DNA of 53,891 nt from a virus (lineage: Duplodnaviria > Caudoviricetes), in IMG/VR virus record IMGVR_UViG_3300001336_000022, positions 1-53,891 of that record; one strand, 5' to 3'. Position numbers and translations under genes: made by a program. Positions 1 to 9,229 of this stretch are shown in pieces; within the stretch, counting starts at the first letter, position 1; each line of letters opens with the position of its first letter. The notes under the pieces were generated by a model that worked only from the letters and a program-made list of their open reading frames with translations, was not told where the DNA came from and did not search any database.

Positions 1-390
1 TGGGGCAACCGGTGCAACCGGACCACAGGGTGCAACCGGTGCAACCGGTGCAACCGGTGCAACCGGATCACAAGGTGAAATTGGACCACAGGGTGCGACC
101 GGTGCAACCGGACCACAGGGTGCAACCGGTGCAACCGGTGCAACCGGACCACAGGGTGCGACCGGTGCAACTGGGGCAACCGGTGCAACCGGATCACAAG
201 GTGCAACCGGTGCAACCGGTGCAACTGGATCACAAGGTGAAATTGGGGCAACCGGTGCAACTGGGGCAACCGGTGCAACCGGATCACAAGGTGAAATCAA
301 CCGGTGCAACTGGGGCAACCGGTGCAACCGGACCACAAGGTGCAACCGGTGCAACCGGTGCAACTGGGGCAACGGGTCCAACAGGATCAA
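1..390 (+). repeat. 9-bp-unit coding tandem repeat (GGTGCAACC and variants) encoding Gly-X-Y collagen
   Basis: Repeated ggtgcaacc/ggggcaacc/ggaccacag units are directly visible. Confidence 0.9.
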
Positions 391-1070
391 TTGAGGATCT
401 GAGTGATGTGTCATTTGTTACACGCCCTGCAACCGGAAGGTTCCTGCGATTCGGCATTGACCCCGTTGACTTCTTTGCGATTAGCCCATACTGGTATTCG
501 GGGTTTCTACTTGTATCCGATATTCCGGGCCTTCCAACTAGCAAAATCACACGCGGTACCTTTGACAACGCCCGCATATCACAGTCGAGTGTGACACAAC
601 ATCAATCGGCATTGACCATTGCTTGGTCTCAAATCACCAGTGAACCTAACTTTGTTACTAATGGTGCAAACATTAGTTCTTTGAGCAACAATGTTGGCTA
701 CATTACAGCGGGGGATGCTGGTGGTCTTTCTCCGATTGGAGCAGGGTTTGACGGCGGTGGTGCAACGGTGGCGATTGGTACAAACTGCTTCTTGCCCGTT
801 CGCGAAGCATGTGTTCTAACTAATTATGAGATGGTTCACGACGGATCTGGTGCTGCAACCATTGAAGTTATAAGATACACTCCAAGTGCTGGGTCTCTCG
901 GGGTTTCGACGGCTGTAGGGTCTCCGGGAACGACAACCGGTCAATACCTATCGACTGATACCAGTGGTTTCTCAACAACCGCCATTGGTATTGGAGATGT
1001 TCTGGAATTTAGAGTGTCGAACAATGGCGGAAATGCCAACAAGATGACTTTGGTATTCGAGAGAGTTTGA
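1..1070 (+). CDS. Collagen-repeat tail fibre/structural protein, 5' truncated by the window edge, frameshifted near 297
   Basis: Reading from position 2 gives G-X-Y triplets ([12 protein letters not shown]...GSQ GEI) up to ~297. The collagen then continues in the frame of ORF 12..1070 ([14 protein letters not shown]...) into a globular C-terminus. The 'PVQ' N-terminus of the listed ORF is the out-of-frame reading of the repeat. Confidence 0.75.
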   Translation, partial: GQPVQPDHRVQPVQPVQPVQPDHKVKLDHRVRPVQPDHRVQPVQPVQPDHRVRPVQLGQPVQPDHKVQPVQPVQLDHKVKLGQPVQLGQPVQPDHKVKSTGATGATGATGPQGATGATGATGATGPTGSIEDLSDVSFVTRPATGRFLRFGIDPVDFFAISPYWYSGFLLVSDIPGLPTSKITRGTFDNARISQSSVTQHQSALTIAWSQITSEPNFVTNGANISSLSNNVGYITAGDAGGLSPIGAGFDGGGATVAIGTNCFLPVREACVLTNYEMVHDGSGAATIEVIRYTPSAGSLGVSTAVGSPGTTTGQYLSTDTSGFSTTAIGIGDVLEFRVSNNGGNANKMTLVFERV

Positions 1071-1073
1071 TAA

Positions 1074-1334
1074 ATGGCTGAACCAGTTATAAGACAGATA
1101 TTAGAAAAGGCGGAGCATTGCCCCACCGATTCACACTTGTTGAGGGAGAACAAGCATGAACAGTGGTATCCATATGATTTGCGTAGGACAAAAGTTTTAT
1201 ATTGGGTATACCCTTCATCAGAGGTTCTAGGAAAAATATTGGGAGTGTATAGAGAAACAATAAACAAGTATCTCTCCGGAACAAGATTTATTCCAAAGAG
1301 ATTTAGTCACCTCCAAATGCAAAGATTATTCTAA
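1074..1334 (+). CDS. Small protein with NUMOD1-like HTH; probable homing-endonuclease remnant
   Basis: C-terminal YPSSEVLGKILGVYRETINKYLSG resembles the NUMOD1/IENR1 HTH. The ORF is AT-rich, and its N-terminus MAEPVIR duplicates the start of the next gene (MEPVIR). Confidence 0.45.
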   Translation: MAEPVIRQILEKAEHCPTDSHLLRENKHEQWYPYDLRRTKVLYWVYPSSEVLGKILGVYRETINKYLSGTRFIPKRFSHLQMQRLF

Positions 1335-2668
1335 TGGAACCTGTAATCCGATACGATGCTTCTTCGGGTAGCGACACAGCGGCTTCGGGGGCAGGACCGG
1401 ATCCGGCTATTGGTGGGTCACCAAATGTAGCAACGGTAGTCGCCGGTCCCTCAAGCGTTATTGAATTGACAACCGGAACCCCGCTTACAGTGGTTGATCT
1501 TTCTGATGTGGCTACTGATGGATCCCATGTGATTTGGATGGATACCCCATCTGGGCGGAAACTGTCTAAAATTGTAGGGAAAGTTTTAGGTAATTCCTTC
1601 CTAGGTATTGAGGCACAGGTTACTGTTGAGGATACCTTTTCATTCGCTGGTAGCGTAACATTTGCAATCGGTGGAAAACGAGAAACCCTTAAAGACCGTA
1701 ACGACTTCAAAGAGGGGTGGACGATAGAGTTTGAGTCGGGAGTCTATGAAATTAGCAATACTTGGACCATTCCGGTATCTATTTTTTCCAGTGTAGGTTT
1801 CAATATTCGTGCAGCATCAGGAGCACCTACAAAACCAATTATTCGAAATACTTCAACAACCAGTTCCACCGCGATGCTGCTGTTCAGCAACAATACATCT
1901 ATCAGAGGAATTAGGTTCGAAAATAATTCGACTAATAGCATTTTGAGTAACACCGCCTCAGTGTTGTCCGTGGTTTTTGTAGACTGTGATTTTATCGGTG
2001 CAGCAAATTCTTCCACCGCATCTTGCATGGGATACTACAATAACAACAAGTTTGGTATGGCTGGTCTATTTGATGGTTGCTATTTTGAAAAATGTCGATA
2101 CGGAGCATACTGGAATGGTGGTCGTTGTAATGCCCCATTTATCAACTGTCGATTTTTTGACTGCTATTATGGGATTCGAACTTCTACAGCCGGTAACAAT
2201 GGGCATCTTCAACTAAACAATTGCATCTTTCATGAACTCTCGTCGTTCCCGCTTTGGATTGGAACACAGAACACATGGTCAAATCATGTTCAGAACTGCA
2301 CATTCTACGATAATGGCAATGACTGCGTTTACTGGCAGGGTAACAACAATAAGACTCTGCATATCGTGAACAACATCTTTGTCAATAATGCAGGATGGGC
2401 TATCCGAGATGCGGGTTCGGCAATTGGATACAAATATGAAAATTGGAATGTATTTCATAACAATACATCTGGTAATGTATTTGGAACGGAAATGAATAGC
2501 GGTGGAGATTCGGTAACAGGTGATCCTAATATGACGGACCCTGCCAACGGAGATTTTTCAATCCCGCATGATTCGAATGCGGCTGATATGGATGGAAATG
2601 GGAGATATGCTGGAGCCAAGATCCCTGACGATGCTCCACCACAATCGGTGGGATACGCTTTCGGATAA
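1334..2668 (+). CDS. Right-handed parallel beta-helix (pectin-lyase-like) protein, possible tailspike/depolymerase
   Basis: Repeated N/DCxF motifs (FVDCDF, FDGCYF, FINCRF, LNNCIF, VQNCTF, IVNNIF) and C-terminal DPNMTDPANGDFSI...YAGA typical of beta-helix proteins. Confidence 0.75.
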   Translation: MEPVIRYDASSGSDTAASGAGPDPAIGGSPNVATVVAGPSSVIELTTGTPLTVVDLSDVATDGSHVIWMDTPSGRKLSKIVGKVLGNSFLGIEAQVTVEDTFSFAGSVTFAIGGKRETLKDRNDFKEGWTIEFESGVYEISNTWTIPVSIFSSVGFNIRAASGAPTKPIIRNTSTTSSTAMLLFSNNTSIRGIRFENNSTNSILSNTASVLSVVFVDCDFIGAANSSTASCMGYYNNNKFGMAGLFDGCYFEKCRYGAYWNGGRCNAPFINCRFFDCYYGIRTSTAGNNGHLQLNNCIFHELSSFPLWIGTQNTWSNHVQNCTFYDNGNDCVYWQGNNNKTLHIVNNIFVNNAGWAIRDAGSAIGYKYENWNVFHNNTSGNVFGTEMNSGGDSVTGDPNMTDPANGDFSIPHDSNAADMDGNGRYAGAKIPDDAPPQSVGYAFG

Positions 2669-2671
2669 ATC

Positions 2672-2678
2672 CTACATA
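2672..2678 (+). promoter_or_regulatory. Late promoter variant CTACATA upstream of the PAS gene
   Basis: Identical heptamer lies intergenically before gp14 (23118) and gp20 (33751). Confidence 0.6.
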
Positions 2679-2727
2679 TAAAAGCCACGGCATGCCTTTT
2701 GTTCCCCCCAGACCGTAGGAATTTCAT

Positions 2728-3387
2728 ATGCAGAATTACCTGTCACAAAGTCAGTATGAAAAGATCTGGCGAGCATCATCTATTGGATCGGCTATCGCAG
2801 ATCGGGGGGGAAACTTCCTGAAAGTAAACCCCGTTCTTTGTGAAATGCTTCAATACAGCGAAGGTGAACTTTTACAAAAAAAGTTTTCCGACATTACTCA
2901 CCCCGCTGACCTCGCGGATGATCAGAACATGGTCGATAGGGTATTACTTGGGGAAATCAAAGAGTATCGCATGACGAAGCGATACATTACCAAAACCGGA
3001 CCCGCAGTCTGGGCAACACTTGTTGTAACCGCTTTGGAAAATGGTGAAGGTGAATTTCAGTTTTTCTTTTCACAGATCTTTCCAGTTCCCACCCCCGTCT
3101 CGACCAGTGTTTCTATCGACAAGAAAAATTCAGTAATTACTGCTAAAGTCGATAGTAAACAAGAAAATATTTGGCAAAAAGTCAAAGGTTGGGTTCTTAG
3201 AAATCTGGCATGGATAATTGCATCAATGGTTGCTATTACCGTTTGGTCCTTTGACCGGGTTCATGAGTATAAAACGGACCGGAATCGTATTTCGGAGTTG
3301 GAAAGACAGTTACAGGACAAACAAGACAGTCTGGATCAACTCTTGGTGGAATGGAAAAACTTCCGGGATGATTTAGAAAATAACTGA
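2728..3387 (+). CDS. PAS (S-box) domain + single TM helix + C-terminal coiled-coil protein
   Basis: Classic PAS/PAC pattern: IGSAIADRGGNFLKVNPVLCEMLQYSEGELL...DITHPADL...KRYITKTG..VW. Hydrophobic LAWIIASMVAITVWSF is followed by the heptad-like ISELERQLQDKQDSLDQLL. Confidence 0.85.
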   Translation: MQNYLSQSQYEKIWRASSIGSAIADRGGNFLKVNPVLCEMLQYSEGELLQKKFSDITHPADLADDQNMVDRVLLGEIKEYRMTKRYITKTGPAVWATLVVTALENGEGEFQFFFSQIFPVPTPVSTSVSIDKKNSVITAKVDSKQENIWQKVKGWVLRNLAWIIASMVAITVWSFDRVHEYKTDRNRISELERQLQDKQDSLDQLLVEWKNFRDDLENN

Positions 3388-3398
3388 TACATAAACCT

Positions 3399-3779
3399 AT
3401 GAGTAGATACAGAGACATAGATCTAAGTTTGACACCCCATCCCATCACCGGTGATGTTTCTGTTGTCACCGATGTTGAGGCAGTCAAAACGGCTATCGTC
3501 AATTTGGTTCAATTGAGGCGGGGGGACAAGCCGTTTCATCCCGAGATTGGTTCGGGGGTCCGAAACCTACTTTTTGAACCGGCAACAAGTTTTACCGGTG
3601 TAAGAATTTCTCAAGAAATTACTCGCACCATCAACAACTATGAACCCCGAGCCCGTGTTCGCAATGTCACGGCAGTTCCGACAGCAGACGGGGATGGTTA
3701 TGTTGTTAGTATCATTTTCAACATTATCAATCGCGTAGAGCCGATCAACTTTACATTCGCATTAGAGAGACTTCGATAA
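3399..3779 (+). CDS. gp25: Baseplate wedge subunit gp25
   Basis: YRDIDLSLTPHPITGDV, KPFHPEIGSGVRNLLFEP, NYEPRA; directly upstream of gp6. Confidence 0.95.
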   Translation: MSRYRDIDLSLTPHPITGDVSVVTDVEAVKTAIVNLVQLRRGDKPFHPEIGSGVRNLLFEPATSFTGVRISQEITRTINNYEPRARVRNVTAVPTADGDGYVVSIIFNIINRVEPINFTFALERLR

Positions 3780-3782
3780 CCA

Positions 3783-5657
3783 ATGGCAACACCCAGAATC
3801 AACCTCGGAAGCCTTGACTTTGACTCGATCAAAGAGTCTCTGAAAGACACTCTCCGCTCACAAGAGCAGTTTTCAGATTATGACTTTGAGGGTTCGGGTC
3901 TCAACATTCTTTTGGACCTACTTTCTTACTCAACATACTACCAAGGTTTTTACAACCATATGGCAGTCAATGAGTCATTTCTTGATACCGCCGTAGATCG
4001 AGAGTCGGTTGTCAGCATCGCCAAGCATCTTGGGTACACACCAAGGTCTATCGCCGCAGCGAGTGCGGTTGTCGATGTCAACTTCGGAACCACAAAGCCG
4101 TTTGCTGGTGATTTCCTCCCGGCACCGGCACCGTTTTCAGGCGTAGGCGAACGCCGAAACTATACTTTCTACACTCGGCAGCCACACCTTGTTCGCCAAG
4201 AAGAAGACGGAAACTTCTGGGCAAGAAATGTTGTGCTGGTCCAAGGGACCGTTGATGCGACTCGGTTCATTGTCAATGAACTTGAAATGAACCAAAGATT
4301 TTTGTTACCCGGCAGTGATATTGACACTTCAACACTTGTTGTGAGGGTTCAATCATCAGTCACGGACTCGATGGGATTCAATGAATCATGGCGACGAAAC
4401 ACAGACTTTAGCGAAGTTGGATCGGACTCTAGAGTTTACTTTCTAGATGAAGTTGAGAGAGGACTTAGCCAATTGTATTTCGGCGACGGTCTTGTTGGTC
4501 GAAAACCCCGAAACGGAAATCTCATCACTGTTCAGTATCTTCGAACCGTTGGACCCGTAGCAAACGGGATTGGTCAGACTGATGCGCCAAATAGACGGTC
4601 ATTCAAATATGCTGGCTCGGGTAATGCTGTTGAAACTATCGTGGTCACACCGGCAAAGGGTGGGTCAGATAGAGAAAGCATTCGGTCTATCAAATTCAAT
4701 GCCCCAAGAACATATCAGTCCCAAAATCGGGCTGTGACATCCAACGATTATCGCTCTATCGTGACAAGAGACTATCCAAATGCTGAGTCGGTATTTGTCT
4801 ATGGTGGAGAGGAAGCCGACCCACCCCAATACGGTAAGGTTTTTGTTTCAATCAAGCCGGTTGATGGGTTCGCCTTGACAACTCTGGAAAAGCGAACCAT
4901 TGCAGAGAAAATCATTCAGAGCCGAAATGTCCTCGGAATCACTGCCGAAGTCATCGACCCAACATTTACCTACCTCAAAATCACAACCGATGTTGTGTTC
5001 GACCCGTCGCAAACCCAGAAGCAAACCGGACATATTGAGAGTCAGGTTCGCACGAACATTTTGAACTATGTAAACAACTCGCTCAACCGATTTGACAGAA
5101 ATCTCTCGTTCTCGAAACTAAGCGAAGCGATTGACGATACGGATACTAGCATTCTTGGGTCAGACACAACTATCTTGCTTGAGAAGCGAATTGAAGTGGT
5201 TCAAAACGCGACTGGCTCATATGAATTCAACTACTTCAATCCTATCCGATCAACCGGAAATGTTCTGTCTCCAGTTGTGTCTTCGAACGAATTTACATAT
5301 CTCTACAACGGTTCAGCCGTTTCAGCGTTGATTGACGATGATGGTTTCGGTTCGCTGAGGATCTTTACACTCGTAGACGGGTCCAAGGTTTTCATCAACA
5401 CCAATGCGGGAACCATTGATTACACAACTGGGAAGTGTTCTCTCGTTGACTTTGCTCCAATTTCTATCAGCGGAACCGATTCAACCCTACGCATTACTAT
5501 CCAACCTGCCAAGAACAGTGTAAACACGCGACGAAACAACATTATCACCGTAGACCCCGACCAAGTTGGGTCTATTATCGTCAATGCCACCGAAAGAGTG
5601 GTGGTAGACGAAACAGATAATACCAGTGGAACACCATTCCCATTCCGAAGTAACTAA
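3783..5657 (+). CDS. gp6: Baseplate wedge subunit gp6
   Basis: LDFDSIKESLK, FSDYDFEGSGLNILLDLL, ESFLDTA, LGYTPRS, QNRAVTSNDY, PPQYGKVF. Confidence 0.95.
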   Translation: MATPRINLGSLDFDSIKESLKDTLRSQEQFSDYDFEGSGLNILLDLLSYSTYYQGFYNHMAVNESFLDTAVDRESVVSIAKHLGYTPRSIAAASAVVDVNFGTTKPFAGDFLPAPAPFSGVGERRNYTFYTRQPHLVRQEEDGNFWARNVVLVQGTVDATRFIVNELEMNQRFLLPGSDIDTSTLVVRVQSSVTDSMGFNESWRRNTDFSEVGSDSRVYFLDEVERGLSQLYFGDGLVGRKPRNGNLITVQYLRTVGPVANGIGQTDAPNRRSFKYAGSGNAVETIVVTPAKGGSDRESIRSIKFNAPRTYQSQNRAVTSNDYRSIVTRDYPNAESVFVYGGEEADPPQYGKVFVSIKPVDGFALTTLEKRTIAEKIIQSRNVLGITAEVIDPTFTYLKITTDVVFDPSQTQKQTGHIESQVRTNILNYVNNSLNRFDRNLSFSKLSEAIDDTDTSILGSDTTILLEKRIEVVQNATGSYEFNYFNPIRSTGNVLSPVVSSNEFTYLYNGSAVSALIDDDGFGSLRIFTLVDGSKVFINTNAGTIDYTTGKCSLVDFAPISISGTDSTLRITIQPAKNSVNTRRNNIITVDPDQVGSIIVNATERVVVDETDNTSGTPFPFRSN

Positions 5658-5659
5658 AG

Positions 5660-7273
5660 ATGCGCGACTACAAGTTCAACAAAGCCAAATCTGCTATCCG
5701 GGATCGAATCCCGGAGTTCATCCGTGTTGATAATCCAAGATTTGTCGCCTTCCTTGATGCTTACTTTGAGTGGTTGCATTCAACCTACTCCCCACTGTCT
5801 CCGGGTGATATCAAACTCGCCAACGATGTAGACTACAGTATCGACTTGTTTACCGATCACTTCTACGATCAGTTCCTTCGTGACTTACCACAAGACTTGG
5901 CATTCAACCCAAACACCGGTGCGGCTAACAAAGCGGCGATCATCAAAAATATCAAAGACTTCTACCGAAGCAAGGGAACCGAGCGTTCGTACTCTCTCTT
6001 GTTTCGCATTCTGTTTGACTCGGATGCTAGTGTTTACCTCCCGAAGACCGATATTCTTCGAGCGTCGGGGGGAACTTTCGTCCAACAAACTTCGATCCGG
6101 ATCACCACAAACAAGGGTGATGAAATTTTCGGTGCAACAAACAAGCGTATCCGGCAAATCAACCCGGCAACAGGTGCAGTTGTTGCGTATGCCCGAGTAT
6201 CGCGAATTGTTCAGATCCAAGTCGGGGAATACCGTGTTGCTGAACTTTTCATCAATGATATTCAGGGAGTATTTGTCCCTGACTTGCCAATTGAATTTAC
6301 GAAGACCGATCAGACCAAGGTCCGCGAAAGTACCACCTATTCATGTCTTACAGGGTTGACTATTACTCGACGGGGGTTCGGTCACTCAGTAGGTGAGCGT
6401 ATCACCATCGGAATAACAGGTAGCGAACCGGGAACCGGCGCAGTTGCCGAAGTGTCCCGTGTGGATTCAAACGGTGGTGTTCTGGATATTCGTATTGTAA
6501 ACTTTGGTGCAAACTATCGAACACCGGCAAACATTATTGTAACATTCCTTCCAAGTCAAGATGAGAGAGATCAGGCACTTGAGGAAGCGATTGCAGAGGA
6601 AAACAACCTAACCAGTCCAACCTATCGCGGTGGTTGGGATAGCCTGAACTCCAAAGATCAGAACACTGCTGTTCAAAACAAACTCAATGATCTCGTTCCG
6701 ACCGGGGCGGCTATCGTTGGTGCGGTTTGTCAATACGAGGGATACTACGCGGACAACGGTGGGCATCTCAGCAGCACGAAAGTCCTACAGGATAACAGGT
6801 ATTATCAAGACTTTTCTTATGTTATCCGTTCCGAACTGGCTATCCGTCAGTATCGAGATGTTGTAAAGAACATGCTCCACCCTGCCGGTTTCGGGTTCTT
6901 TGGTTTGGTTGAAATCAAAAAGTGCCTTGAAGCCGACCTTCAAAATTCAGTCTCAGTTATCCAGTATGAGACTCCGTTCATTGGAAATTACACGCCATAT
7001 CGTCTTTCCACGACCCAGAACTTAGCATCGGTGTATCCGGAGGGGTATCTTTCTCCAATCTCAGGTATCACTTTGGCAACACCCGGACTACCCGGCGCAG
7101 ACCCTTACTGGATTATCTTTGCTCACCCCAACACACGAAGCCTACCTAATATCCCATCGGGTATCAGTTTCGGTGCCATTCATATCAAAGACTTCATTCG
7201 CATTCCGACCGGTTATGAATACAATTGTGCCGATGCGGACAATGATGGTTTGCTTGAGATTCCTACGGAGTAA
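5660..7273 (+). CDS. gp7: Baseplate wedge initiator gp7-like
   Basis: IKNIKDFYRSKGTERSY..LFRILF, LQDNRYYQDFSYVIRS, LHPAGF; lies between gp6 and gp8. Confidence 0.85.
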   Translation: MRDYKFNKAKSAIRDRIPEFIRVDNPRFVAFLDAYFEWLHSTYSPLSPGDIKLANDVDYSIDLFTDHFYDQFLRDLPQDLAFNPNTGAANKAAIIKNIKDFYRSKGTERSYSLLFRILFDSDASVYLPKTDILRASGGTFVQQTSIRITTNKGDEIFGATNKRIRQINPATGAVVAYARVSRIVQIQVGEYRVAELFINDIQGVFVPDLPIEFTKTDQTKVRESTTYSCLTGLTITRRGFGHSVGERITIGITGSEPGTGAVAEVSRVDSNGGVLDIRIVNFGANYRTPANIIVTFLPSQDERDQALEEAIAEENNLTSPTYRGGWDSLNSKDQNTAVQNKLNDLVPTGAAIVGAVCQYEGYYADNGGHLSSTKVLQDNRYYQDFSYVIRSELAIRQYRDVVKNMLHPAGFGFFGLVEIKKCLEADLQNSVSVIQYETPFIGNYTPYRLSTTQNLASVYPEGYLSPISGITLATPGLPGADPYWIIFAHPNTRSLPNIPSGISFGAIHIKDFIRIPTGYEYNCADADNDGLLEIPTE

Positions 7274-7276
7274 TAC

Positions 7277-9217
7277 ATGCGTTGCGATCCAACACGCCAA
7301 AAACTAAAGACACGAATCGTCCAATCCCTGTCAGATTTGTTTTCTCCGGGGACCGGTAACTATCCATTCATCGGTTTCAGTCGCACCACACCTTGGCAAG
7401 TCGATCAGGTTGGTGAAGTTCCAAACGCAACTGATAGCGTGAAAGAAGCAACGGATTTCTGGCGTGAAGCAATCGCGTTCAAGCGAATCCGCCCAAACAA
7501 TGTAAGTTTTGTCGTTCCCAGATATGACTGGTCTGCCGGAACTGTTTACCCGCCATATCGGGATGATGTCGATTTGTTTGACGATAACACCCCATCCCAA
7601 TTCTATGTTTTGGTAGACAACGAAAGAGTTTACAAGTGTATTGACAATAACAACAATGCAGTTTCTAGTGTCAAGCCAATTGAGGTTTCTACACGAGTAT
7701 TTGAAACAGACGATGGGTATCGCTGGAAATTTATCTACCGCATCAACGAAACAGACCGGACCTTTTTGACCTCAGAATTTATGCCAATTTTCCGGGTCAC
7801 TTCAATTGTACAAACCCAAGACCCAAGACAACCCCAATTTGATGTTCAATTGGCAGCGGTTGATGGGGCAATTGATTTCATTGATATCACAGAGTCGGGA
7901 AGCCTATTTGTAAATGCTGTCCAAACCAATCCGGATAACCGAATCATCGGAGTAAGTGGTGCATCGCAATATCAACTCAACGGACCAGAAATTTCTTCGG
8001 TTGAGGGTGCATATGTTGGATACACCCTCAAGATTACCGATGATGGTGGAGCCGAGAACCTTGAGCAGATCCGAAGAATTGTCGCGTATTCAAACAAAAC
8101 TGTTACCCTCGAATCTGACTTCCCGAATGGTGGAAATAGTCTAATCGGGGCTGAGTTTGCAATCATCCCTACGGTCGTCATTACAGGCGACGGAACGGGG
8201 GCAGCCGCCGAAGCCAATATCAATGCGGATGGTGTGATTACCTCCATCGAAATGAAGTCGCGGGGAAGCGGATACACCTATGCATCGGCGACGATGGTTG
8301 AGCCACCAAACGATGCTGATAGAGAAATCCTAACGGTTTTGAATCCCGTTTTGGCGCAACCGGGCGGTCATGGATTCAATGCTATCGAAGAACTTGGCAC
8401 AGCAGGAATTATGATTTCGGCAATCCTTGACCGATCCGAAAGCGGTCTGGTGTCTGTCGATGCCGACTTCCGTCAGTTTGGTTTGATTCTCAACCCAACA
8501 GTGAACGGCGTTATCGCAGGAACAGAAGAAGATATCATTCACACCTACGGAGTTGAATCATCATCGCCAATCACCGAATTCAATGGGTTGATGGCGGGTG
8601 ACAGAATCATCATCGGTGTATCATCGGGTCATCTGGGTGTGTTTCAAGAGTTTACCAGTACTATCGGTCAACCGCGAACCGGTGTTCTAAAAATCAAGAA
8701 CCCCAACTACACCTTTCAGACTAATGAAACACTTAGACTGTTTACTCCAACATTCCTATCACCATTCGTAACGACATGTAAGATTACTGGATTGACACTT
8801 GAAGAAACTGTCAACCCAAAGAACATTTATCGCCAAACAACCCGAATTCTCACCCAAAAAATCAATGCCAACTTGACAGATACCACCTTCCAAGGTGACG
8901 GTCAGGTGATTGGAAATAACAGCGGGGCTACTGCAACATTCTCTACATGGACACCACAATTCATCACTGGTGCCGGACCATCGACGGTCAACGGATTTCT
9001 TGAAGTTGTTGATGTTCAGGGTGGACCGTTTCAGGTCGGAGAAACCATCTCTACATATGCTGCACCCACAGCGGGTGACCCTCTTGTTACAGTAGTTTCA
9101 GTTCAAGAACCAGAATTAGACCACCGGTCAGGTGATGTTGTCTACATACAGAATGTCCGGACGCTTGAGCGAGACAACGATCAGCGAGAGGAAATTCGAA
9201 TTGTCATCACGATCTAA
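7277..9217 (+). CDS. gp8: Baseplate wedge subunit gp8
   Basis: VVPRYDW, FYVL...VYKCIDNN, TDDGYRWKFIY, GGHGFNAIEELG, DFRQFGLI, C-terminal SGDVVYIQN...QREEIRIVI. Confidence 0.9.
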   Translation: MRCDPTRQKLKTRIVQSLSDLFSPGTGNYPFIGFSRTTPWQVDQVGEVPNATDSVKEATDFWREAIAFKRIRPNNVSFVVPRYDWSAGTVYPPYRDDVDLFDDNTPSQFYVLVDNERVYKCIDNNNNAVSSVKPIEVSTRVFETDDGYRWKFIYRINETDRTFLTSEFMPIFRVTSIVQTQDPRQPQFDVQLAAVDGAIDFIDITESGSLFVNAVQTNPDNRIIGVSGASQYQLNGPEISSVEGAYVGYTLKITDDGGAENLEQIRRIVAYSNKTVTLESDFPNGGNSLIGAEFAIIPTVVITGDGTGAAAEANINADGVITSIEMKSRGSGYTYASATMVEPPNDADREILTVLNPVLAQPGGHGFNAIEELGTAGIMISAILDRSESGLVSVDADFRQFGLILNPTVNGVIAGTEEDIIHTYGVESSSPITEFNGLMAGDRIIIGVSSGHLGVFQEFTSTIGQPRTGVLKIKNPNYTFQTNETLRLFTPTFLSPFVTTCKITGLTLEETVNPKNIYRQTTRILTQKINANLTDTTFQGDGQVIGNNSGATATFSTWTPQFITGAGPSTVNGFLEVVDVQGGPFQVGETISTYAAPTAGDPLVTVVSVQEPELDHRSGDVVYIQNVRTLERDNDQREEIRIVITI

Positions 9218-9229
9218 AGAGAAGCGAGA

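Noticed and set aside
12-297. PVQ/PDH-repeat N-terminus of ORF 12..1070 as a novel repeat protein
   Set aside because: It is the out-of-frame translation of the Gly-X-Y collagen repeat.
1-390. CRISPR array
   Set aside because: 9-bp coding units with no unique spacers; no cas genes.
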